A stretch of DNA of 64,000 nt from NCBI GenBank assembly GCA_951406725.2, contig OX597817.1, positions 109,740,001-109,804,000 on the forward strand, written 5' to 3'. The DNA comes from Octopus vulgaris (Eukaryota). The notes below the pieces were generated by a model. That model did no database searches. It had not been told where the DNA came from and saw nothing but the letters and a program-made list of their open reading frames with translations. Positions 53,624 through 64,000 of this stretch are shown here, piece by piece; position 1 is the first letter of the stretch, and each line of letters begins with the position of its first letter. The position numbers and the translations under genes are program-made.

Positions 53624-54588
53624 GGGTATCCTAAAAGTCACCTATGGGCTTCAATTTCTAATAACTTCCTTAACTTTACAAATAAATTCATGAAAATTTG
53701 ATACAATATAAAGGACATAATGGAAATTAATATGCACAAGTCAAATTTTGCAGCTTTACTACATCACATGTGAGAAATGATATCGCTTAAATGGCATCTA
53801 TTTTCGGCTTCGCACACCCGCGTTCTTTCCAAAGCTTGCACCATAACACCCTCAAGAGTGTCAGACCCCACTTCTCTGATTTCGTTATTGATGTTCTCTT
53901 TCAGTTGCACCAGGGTCTCCAGTTTGTTGACGTAAACATACTCTTTCAGGTATCCTCACAAGAAAAAAATCCGGGCTAGTCAAGTCTATGAAACCTGAAG
54001 GTCAGTTGACATTGCTGTAGCGGGAGATTATTCTCTCTCCAAAGCACTGCCGTATCAACTGCATTGTTTCACTTGCGGTATAAACAGTTGCCCCATTTTG
54101 CCGGAACCATGTTTGAGGTCTCCTTTGAATGGCCCTCACGTGGGGATATCTGAAAGAGAGGGTTTACCTCAACAAACCGGAGACTCTAGTGCAACTGAAA
54201 GAGAACTTCAATAACGAAATCAGAGAAGCGGGATCTGAAACTCTTGAGGGTATTATGGTGCAAGTTTTGGAAAGAGCACGGGCGTTCAGAGCTGAAAATG
54301 GATGTCATTTTTCATGTGATATAGTGGTATTGCAGAATTTGACTTATGCGTATGTTATGTCGCACGTTCGGATGACCTCTGCTCGACTCTCGACTCAACT
54401 CTGACGTCTAGACTTCTCCTTCTATATCTACGTATTGGGCTAGCCTACTTCATCGTCTGGGGGCGTCCACACAACAGCCTATTAATTTCCATTATGTCCT
54501 TTATATTCTATCAAAATTACGCGCATTTATTTGTAAAGTTAAGGATGTTATCAAAAACTGAAACCTATCAGTGACTTTTGGGACACTG
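53622..54588 (-). mobile_element. mariner-like DD41D (rosa-type) transposon, rearranged
   Basis: TIRs of about 110 bp (CAGGGTATCCTAAAAGTCAC / GTGACTTTTGGGACACTG). Minus strand gives WFRQNGATVYTA...RIISRYSNVN*PSGFIDLTSPDFF with 41 residues between the second (mutated) and third D. Confidence 0.88.
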
Positions 54589-55689
54589 TGTGTATATATA
54601 TATATATATGCATGAATGTATGTATGTATGTATGTATGTATGTATGTAGTATGTATGTATGTGTGTATGTATGTATGTATGTATGTATTCGTGTTTGGCC
54701 AATATATTGCCATACTTCCAGAAACCCTTACAAGCGTAATACAGAACAATCACTGCAAAATAGAGAATTTCTTTCTTATAATTAAATTACTATGGCCATG
54801 TTTGATCTAATCTTATTCTTTTAAACCTTTGTTTTTCCTTTCTTTTCAATTTTGTCATTTTACCGCAATTTTTAAAATGTTCATGCCATATTCTTTTCCT
54901 TTAAGCTTTGTCATTACATTTTAATGTTTTCTTTCCAGTATAATTAAGTAGAGGAAGTTGTCTATTTTAAGACTAATCATTCTGATTAGTTGAATTATTT
55001 ATCGCCTCCTAAGAAAGGGAAAGATTTGTTTAATTCGTGATTAAGTTCACATAGTTTCATGATTATCAAGATGAAGGCGACGAAAATGCGATTACATACT
55101 TTATTAATTTCAATACATGGAATAAATAACCAAATAAAACTGGTTTGTGGATAACAAAATATGTGTCAACAAAGAAATATCTAGGTTGTCACTGTACCGG
55201 CTAGAAATAGCAACCGAGTTTTCTTTCGATTACACTTAACGTTTTTTAACAAACAAAGAAAGCGGGAGGCAGTGGACAATGTAGTTCTGAAAATAAAAAT
55301 GCCTGAAAACAAACAACGGGCATATCAAAGCAGGAGTATATCTTATATCTTACGCCTGCTTGATAAGAACTACTTTTGTCTAAACAATATAAGCAACTAG
55401 GTTTTATAGTAAAACCTAAAAAGCGATAAATGAAAATTCACTAAACTAGCCACGAGTTACAGAAAGCAGATAATCACTTCCTTGTCGAAGTACGACAAGC
55501 AACGTCTAAAGTTGTATCGATTTCTTCTTCGTTTTATATCACATTTTGTATCACAGTTAACTTTTACCATACTTACAATACTTACAATTTAGCCAATACA
55601 TTTCTTTAAAATCATGAAACTGAAATATTGTTTTACCGTGAACAATGACCAAACTTTGATCATATTGAAATTATCTGATATAATAGGAA

Positions 55690-55840
55690 AAGATGTGGCT
55701 GTGAGATAAGACGTTTGCTTCACAACCTCATAGTTCAGAGTTCAGTCCCATTCCGTAGCACCTCGATTAAGTGTCTTCAAAGCCTTGAGTGGATCTGATA
55801 CATGGAAACTGAAAAAGGTCTGTCGTACATGTGTGCATGA

Positions 55841-55872
<32 letters not shown>

Positions 55873-55878
55873 ATGTGT

Positions 55879-55918
<40 letters not shown>

Positions 55919-56125
55919 TTGTGTGTGTGTGCGTCTTCGTGCTGGTGTTTGACAACCTGTTTTGACTTGTTTGACTTGTTAACTTAACGGTGTGGCATAG
56001 GTTACTGATAAAATAAGTACCAGGTTTTAAAACGAATAAATTCCTAAGGTTGATTCGTTTGACTAAAATCCTTCAAAGTAGTGCTTCAGCATGGCCGCAG
56101 TCCAATGAATGAAAGAGCAAAAGAA
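55690..56125 (+). mobile_element. SINE family A, diverged
   Basis: GTGGCTGTGAGATAAG...GTTCAGTCCCA...(TG)n...CAGCATGGCCGCAGTCCAATGAATGAAA. Confidence 0.75.
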
Positions 56126-56363
56126 GATATGTTGAAATTGAAATCAAGAATTTTTAAAGGGGAATTCTTTCCATATATCTTCGGAAAATGATTGCCCTAT
56201 ATCCTTCATGTTCAGAAAGACTTGCTGACATCATCGTTAGAACGAGGCCTATGCCTTATATCATCGTATTCTTAAATTTTTTTCATGAATCTCTGTGACT
56301 TATATTTTTTTTGTATAAAAATATAGTTTATTTGAAATAATTTCACAAGTCTTTGCAAATGTA

Positions 56364-56410
<47 letters not shown>

Positions 56411-56550
56411 TGGGTTGAACAGAAAGTACACAACAAGGAGACAAAATTAGACGAAAGCAGAGCAAACGGGAAACTAGACAAAAACTTAACGAAATATTCT
56501 TAGCTGAGTTTTCCTCGTCAGTCAATGATATATATATATATATATATATA

Positions 56551-56875
56551 ATTAATGTAGGATAAAAATTTTTTCGGGAAAAAAATGTTATCAATGGCCA
56601 GCATATCAAAAAATACCTTTAAAGGTTAAATTTATAAATAATTTACAAGATAAGGGCAAAAGAAAAATTCTAATGCCAAATATGCCGAAAAAAAGACAAT
56701 AATTGTCAATAAACCATTATAATTTATGCGTCTCGAAACAAACCGATAGATTTGTTTTACAGATTTCTATCGGTTTGTTTCGAGACGCATAAATTATAAT
56801 GGTTTATTGACAATTATTGTCTTTTTTTCGGCATATTTGGCATTAGAATTTTTCTTTTGCCCTTATCATGTAAAT

Positions 56876-56878
<3 letters not shown>
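56551..56878. repeat. TA-embedded element ending in a near-perfect 113-bp fold-back
   Basis: 56638-56750 is the reverse complement of 56766-56878 with one mismatch; 15-nt loop. Confidence 0.93.
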
Positions 56879-56943
<65 letters not shown>

Positions 56944-57224
56944 TATATACATATCCCAATTTAGGGAATGGAGCAGGTAAAATCTACGGACTGTTCGAAG
57001 CTTACTAACTTCCTACACCTCGATCCTTGTATCTTATTTTTACATATTATTATATGAGAGAGGGAGACATAACTTACATACATACCCACACACATGCATA
57101 TGAGTGTGTGTGTATATATATATCGACACACACACACATACACACATACATACAGACCTGTATGTGTGTTTGTGCCTCTATTTGTGTGTATGTGCGTGTA
57201 TGTATGTGTGTGTGTGTGTGTGAG

Positions 57225-57280
<56 letters not shown>

Positions 57281-57921
57281 CACCATCGATTACAAGTGTC
57301 CATTCTCCACAGTCTGTACGCAATTGTAGTTATTTTCAATTCTCCTCTGTGGTATTAAATGAGAGGTATAGTAACAAAGTAATATAGTAATCGATAGATA
57401 ATGTGTTATAGCTGATTTAGTTGTAATGACCAAGATCATCTATTTCATGTCGTTGTGGGAAATAGATTTTAATCATAATAGGAACGATCATTTGTATATC
57501 ATTCACTCAATGCTATAATCATCTCATCACTACCTTTGACTCGTCAGTGAAACGAATGTATAACCAGTCTATCTTTTTTCTGTCCATTGAGATACTAATA
57601 AAGCAAAGCAAACTATTTTCGGGAAGATATGTTTTTGTATTTTTTATTGTTGATTTGGTTCTTTTATCTGAAAGAAGCATAGCTATTTAGTTCATGTATG
57701 TTTTGTTGGTATTGTTGTTTAGCATCGGTTTAGCCCTGAGATTAAGCGGACTTATAATAAAAGACGTTTCAACTGTAATCATCTCGTTTCCGTTTCAGAA
57801 ATTGCACCTAATGTGACTTGGTGATTGTTAGTTCTAGCAGTTAAAACAACTGCGTAAAGGTCTCCTTCAGTTGCTTGAATCTGCCTATTTCTCTATCTCT
57901 GTCTCTCTCTCTCTCTCTCTT

Positions 57922-57982
<61 letters not shown>

Positions 57983-58003
57983 ACTTTTAAATCTACGTAT
58001 CTA

Positions 58004-58067
<64 letters not shown>

Positions 58068-58529
58068 TTCTATGTGTATGTATGTATGTATGTGTGAGTA
58101 AATAACAGCTTGCATATATTAAAGAACTCAGCGATAATAAGGGCCGCCTGCCTATGTCCAATTTCGAAGCTACAAGCGAAAACAACATTTTTGGAAGAAA
58201 TTGAAAAGAATCTATGTAGACAACAAAAGAGAGAAAGGCAACTGCTGCAGATAAAATTTCAGTTAAAAGAACTAAATTGCATTAACCTAGTTATAATGCC
58301 ATACATATGTAATCTAAGATATGAAGGGGGACACATAGTGAAACAATGTATCTTTGTTACATTACCAAAGGAATGAGAAAAAACACTACACAGAGATTGA
58401 GTTATGCGACTGAACGGTTTATAACAGTAACTGAAAATGTTACAGCAAAGTTACATGAAGAAATAAGTCAACCACAGAATGGATTTAGAGCGAAATAGGA
58501 ATTCGTGAAGTAATATTTAACCAGAGAAA

Positions 58530-58728
58530 GGCGGCGAGCAAGTAGAATTGTTAACACACCGGTCCAAATGCTTAGCGGCATTTCGTCCGTCCATAAGTAC
58601 TAAGTCCCAATTCCGCCGAGGTCGACTTTGCCGTTCATCCTTTTAAGGTCGATAAAATAAGTGCCAGTTGAACACTGGAGTCGATGTAATCGATTTCCCT
58701 CTCCCTCAAAATTGCTGGCCTTGCGCCC
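58530..58728 (+). mobile_element. SINE family B (first of tandem pair)
   Basis: Full head GGCGGCGAGC; flanked by AATATTTAA(C/T)CAGAGAAA. Confidence 0.88.
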
Positions 58729-58746
58729 AATATTTAATCAGAGAAA

Positions 58747-58955
58747 GTTACGAGCTGGAAGAACAGTTAGCACGCCGGTTACAATGCTTAACAGCATTTC
58801 GTCCGTCTTCGCGTTCTGAGTTCAAATTCTTCTGAGGTTGACTTTGCTTTTCATCCCTCGGGGTCAATAGAATAAGTACCAGCTAAGTACTAGGGTCGAT
58901 GTAAACCATTTTCCCACTCCCCTGATTTTGATACCTTGTACCTAAATCTGAATTC
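58747..58955 (+). mobile_element. SINE family B (second of tandem pair)
   Basis: Same family, diverged from its neighbour; flanked by the same 18-mer. Confidence 0.88.
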
Positions 58956-59134
58956 AATATTTAACCAGAGAAACATATGTGAAAGCGGCCTTTATATAAA
59001 TCAAAATGTTTATAAATTATACAAAGCAATTGAAGATCAAGAACTTTATATATACGGACAATACTGCTTGTAATTTCGTAATCAAAGCTAATGATAAATG
59101 AAAGTCCACTCGAATGAAAATGGATATCCTTTAT

Positions 59135-59510
59135 ACTTTCACTTGTTTCAGTGATTGAACTGGGGGCATAATGGGGCACCATCTTGAAGGGTTTGATGAA
59201 ACAGATCAAACCTAGAACTTATTTTAATTCTGGTACGTAAACTTTGATCTTTTTCAGCCAAACCACTAAGGTATGAACACGTACGCACACATATACACAC
59301 GTGCACGCGCACTGAAACATACACATACATATATACAACTACACATACATTCATTCGCACATATGATAGGTTTTAAATAGTTTCTTTCTATCAAATTTAC
59401 CAATAAGCCATTGGCCAACTGGCACTGTAATAGAAGACACATGCGCAAAGTGCCACGCAACAGGACTGAACCATACACGACGTGATTACGAAGCGAAGTT
59501 CTTAACCAAA
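59135..59510 (-). mobile_element. SINE family A, diverged
   Basis: CTTGTTTCAGT...ATAGAAGACACATGCGCAAAGTGCCACGCAACAGGACTGAACC is the reverse complement of family A. Confidence 0.7.
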
Positions 59511-60685
59511 TATCTGGAGGAATCAGCAATAGAACTGGCATCAAAGATCATATAGCAGAAGTAGATGCAATCAGAAAATGAGTAATGTGAGTCAGAAACA
59601 AAGAAAAATTTGTGATAGCTAGAAAATAATTTGAAAAATATTAAGCAGACATCAAATAATACTAATATAAAACCAGAAAATATTATTGAAATATTATGTA
59701 TGGTCCACTCTAATACATAGAGCTGAAACGTGGATATTAACAAAATTACTATTAAATGCAATACAAGCTTTTGTGATGTGGGCGTATAAAAGACTTTTGA
59801 GAATATCACGGACAGTACACAAACCAATGAAGTACAAAAACAGGCAAAAACTAAATAGAAACTTTTTAGACATCATCAAAGGAAGAACGATAAAATATTT
59901 GGAATACTGAATTAGAATAAAATGGTTTGCAGAGAAAGTAACTAGAAGACAAAATAATTGGGAGGAATGGGAGAAAAAATTACAAGAATTACGTGGTTGG
60001 TTAAAGGATTGGAAGGACTTAGATTTGTGAATGTATAAGAACAGCACAACAAACCTGGCGTCCCTTGGTATTTAGCTTACAGAGGACTGGCGATACCTCA
60101 TGATGTAAATAATAAAGCCATATGTAAAACTTACTGTAATTGAAACTTATTGTAATTGTAAATCAAATCCGGTCAGAGTGTAATAGCAGCTACACCTTGA
60201 TGTTTACTATTTCATCTTTTGCTATAATATGAATCACATCAACGTGTCCATAATATGGAATAGGAGATCTGAGAATGAAAACCTGAATAAATGTACCAAT
60301 ACAACATGTGATACATAAGATAAAAGCCAAAATAATTGTTTTGTATTCATATAAGCCATGCTTTTTGCGAACAAGACGAACCTCAGAGGAATGAGAATGA
60401 AATAAATGCTTTCATTTATTTGCTAGACTAAGCTATCATAAAACGCATTATATTTCATTTTGTTATTCAGTATTCCTGTATTGGTAATAGAGCATTTTTA
60501 AATCTCATCTATACCTTACTATAAAGTAGTTGTGGACTCCGTGTTTCCAGGGTATCAAATATAAATGTACGCTTGTGTGTTTGTATGTGTACGTGTATAT
60601 ATGTACATGTATATAATACATATATATATTTTTTTAATTTTATCTAGTTTCAGCTCACGCGCTGTGGCCATGCTGGGGCACCGCC

Positions 60686-60721
<36 letters not shown>

Positions 60722-60729
60722 GGTTTTTT

Positions 60730-61465
60730 TATTTACTTCTCGTGTCTGGTGGAGGTTGAGTCCGTGACTTTTGCAAGGTCTCCAAGACCGGTGAGCTTGA
60801 TGACATTAATATTCCGTTTAAAGTATTGCAAATCAATACCTGCAAGAAAGACATGGACAGGACTAGTGGAAAAGGACTGGTCATAATGGTTAGTGCGGGG
60901 CTAACGTAGTTGGACACAACAAGAGTGGCGAGAGAGTGAGAGACAAATATATCGGAGTGCTCGAGTGCTAGAGATACAAGACAAGGTAGCTCCGGGAGGC
61001 AGAGGCCATTATAATAGCGATAGAAAAAATAAAGAGGGCGATAATACGCATGTGGTGCAAAGGCTGAATGTGTGCGTTGTTGATTGAATAGCAATCGGTT
61101 GAGAGGCCTTTCTGTGGATGTCTGTGTAAGTCGCCGCAACAACGTCCCACACCTGGGCACAGTACTCCATTGTGGATTTCCTTTGAGTGTCAATAGCTGA
61201 TGGAGTAGAAATATTTTTTGATCCTAAAGAGGAAAACCAGTCAATAGGATGCGGTCATAGCTATGCTTAGAATGTACTTTCCCCGAGAGATGTCTTAGAT
61301 AATGATGATGCCCAGCATGTAAAACGTCTATGAGGGCTCTGAGAGCCAGACATGTTTAGAAGGAATGTGATGAGTTGGTGTTTCCTTGATATGAGTAGTA
61401 CTTCAGTATTTTTTTCTTTTATTTGCTTCTATTAGACATTAGGTTGACATAGACCCCACATAATT
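60730..61465 (-). mobile_element. CR1-group LINE 3' fragment
   Basis: Minus strand: LGIII..DIS..KYILSIAMTAS..LVFLFR, STMEYCAQVWD, LYFFYRYYNGLCLPEL, RTNHYDQSF, DLQYFKRNIN. Confidence 0.8.
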
Positions 61466-62660
61466 TTATTTAATATGCGTGTATGTGTGTGAAATAAGAC
61501 TAGTATTTTAAAGCTGGTTTCAGAATTATAATAGAACATTTGCTAATGGAGAGACTCAATACTGAGAGTAAAGTTAAAGCGACTATAATTTTCTAGTCAA
61601 TCTGGGAAAACTGAATTTATCAAACTGGCGAACGATTCAACGATAGACAGTATGCCAACGAAAGAGGAGGAAATGAAGATACATAACAAACGAGTCACTG
61701 GGCTGTAATTTTACTGGAGTACCGCTTTCGGGAGTTTTTGGTTGAATGAATTGATTCCGGTACAACAGCAACAACACACAAAAATTATTCACGATATATA
61801 GAAGTTAGAAAATATTGTAGACCATAAAATCATTGATTTTCTACGACGTAGATGCTAGCCAAATTTTGTAAAGAACAGGTATATTTGTCGACTCGACCCT
61901 ATAAAAACATTGTTATTGATCTTAGCTATTCCATAAGAATAAACGTTAAACGAATTTGTAAAAAAATCAGTTTGTACAGAATTTCGCTAAGTTTTCTACA
62001 GCTTTTTCCAACTGCGGAAAAAATAGCATTAGCTACTGAATCGCATGGAATCCTGAAACACCAAAAGTTTCCAAAATAAATGCGATTGCCATAAAAAGTG
62101 TTTTCTTTCTAGAAATGTCAACTATTTACTTGATAAAATCGTGCTATAGATAGAAATATCTAAATACAGAAATATTTATTCGTCTCTATACGCTTTATTA
62201 ACTTAATCTGGTTAATTAGTGTTTTAGAATCAGTCATCCGCGGAAATACACATATAGATATTGAATTCGCTGTGTATTAGGGTACGATAAGGAAATTTTT
62301 GACTTGGAAACAAATATTAATTTAATGCTACCACTATCTATTTCAATAAAGAAAAAGTAATATTCGAACATTCATGGTTATCTATTTACACAATTCCAAC
62401 TTAAACAGTAACTACCATAAACGTGTATTCTATTTACCACATTCTTATATTATGCTATTATTTTGTCTTTGAAATGAGGTTACGCTGGGACAGTGTCTTT
62501 GAGCGTATTAGTAGATTTGGTCAATCTCAGTACTATATCTGGCGGATTATCATATCGGTTTCTATTTATTGAATGGCAAACTCAACATCAAGGTGGTAAA
62601 TGAGTGGTTTAAATGCCACAATATATTTTTCGGCACAATACACTAATATATATAGATATA

Positions 62661-63566
62661 TCTAATACATATGTGGGAAATTCTGTCTATGGGTGCGTTT
62701 GTGGAGTTGTTAGCTAACTCCTCCTACATCATTTTATCGATTTTGATGAAATTTGACAAGTGAGTAGAACACATGCCTGGAAACCTCAATACATACTCAG
62801 ATTGTTAAAAATTGATAATAGGGCCCCTGGAATGGATCCTTGTTTATATCTAATAGATTTTAATTTAAAAACCAAGGGTAAATAACCCATTCGCCTCTGG
62901 AAGGGATCCTTATATATAGCCACGGGAAATAACCCATTCATTTTCCTCAATTATTTGGTAAAAAGGAAATTGAGTATGCTTATTTCTTAATATTTGAACT
63001 GTTAGAATTATTTTCGCAATTTATCCTGTACAAGACTTAAACAAGTAAATAGTATTTTCCTAAACAATAGATCCACTTATTTCGGTTAGTGACTTATTCA
63101 CGAATATACCAACACTAGCGCCACTGAGAGCAATATTCCCTGGGAATGGACAAAATCCCTTTTTAGAGTTATTTACTTTGAATTGTTATCTCATATCTGA
63201 TTAGCCTGTCATTACGTAACATGCTTCACGATTTTAATATACATACCTTATTAGTATTTCCTCCTATGTTCTCTGTGAACGTATTAAAGTCATTTTCGAA
63301 GCTACTTTATTTGAATTCTTACTATCGGTTAACTAATTTCATGTTATTACATAACTGACGTCGCAATTTGGGTTTTCATAACTTATTAGGAATTCCTAAA
63401 ATCAAGATCCTGTGTAAGACAGTTCGCTGTTCTCTATAAATGCACAAACATTCTTCTATGGGCTACATGCTTTGTATTGTCGTTATCGGATCGGCGAACA
63501 ATTAAGAGAACGGAACCTAGTGTTAAACCCCGCTTTACCGGGAATTACCGGGTACTACGTCAGCTT

Positions 63567-63567
<1 letters not shown>
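62661..63567 (+). mobile_element. non-autonomous Helitron-like element
   Basis: 5' A|TC start followed by TAACTCCTCCTACATC..ATCGATTTTGATGAAATTTG. 3' CCGG-gaatta-CCGG hairpin 12 nt before a CTTG|T (CTAG-like) end. No TIR or TSD. Confidence 0.6.
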
Positions 63568-63611
<44 letters not shown>

Positions 63612-63700
63612 ATACACATATATATATATATATTATTTTTATTTTTTATTTTATTTTATCTAGTTTCAGCTCACGAGCTGTGGCCATGCTAGGGCACCGC

Positions 63701-63776
<76 letters not shown>

Positions 63777-64000
63777 TATCTGCAGAATTGTATGTTTTCT
63801 TTTATGTATGTATTCTCATGCATATAGCTGCATGTCTAGACCTGCGCATATATTTTTAAATGATAAACATCTGGTAAGTTTTACAGATTTTAATAGTTCT
63901 CGTGGTGGCTTGGATCTGTAGTCTTCGCATTAACTTTCTCCTTTCTGGATTTGAGAAGCCTAATTTCTCAAGATTGGTATTTAGACAGTGTGTTACATAT

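Larger units (their letters stand above)
58110..60105 (+). mobile_element. RTE-clade LINE ORF remnant split by three SINEs
   Basis: Peptides CIFVTLPK, EEISQPQNGFR, CFINYTKA-like, and LKYYVWSTLIHRAETWILTK...IQAFVMWAYKRLLRIS (RTE YGxETWTL...AFEMWxYRRMLRISW motif). Confidence 0.8.

Noticed and set aside
56480-56528. Minus-strand CUGACGA in a TA-flanked fragment
   Set aside because: No correctly placed GAAA, stem III or cleavage triplet.

Overview
AT-rich eukaryotic non-coding DNA (intergenic or deep intronic), very probably from an octopus, inferred from the tRNA-derived SINE families and the extreme (TA)n/(TG)n/(TATG)n density. I cannot support any intact host protein-coding exon; almost all listed ORFs are microsatellite artefacts or decayed transposon fragments. 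The window holds at least four SINE families, decayed LINEs (RTE, CR1-group, R4/Dong), three Tc1/mariner elements (DD34E, DD37D-like, DD41D) and a non-autonomous Helitron-like element. The most striking signal is a set of nine type I hammerhead-ribozyme (HHR) motifs from about six unrelated short repeat families. Most have a self-complementary stem III and sit in tandem or fold-back repeats lodged in (TA)n tracts. The best case is a 399-bp head-to-tail repeat (14383-15325) with two intact HHR cores on the minus strand, predicted to excise a 399-nt monomer, as expected of a non-LTR retrozyme or Penelope-derived circular-RNA element. All structures were read by eye; no folding, alignment or database search was run.
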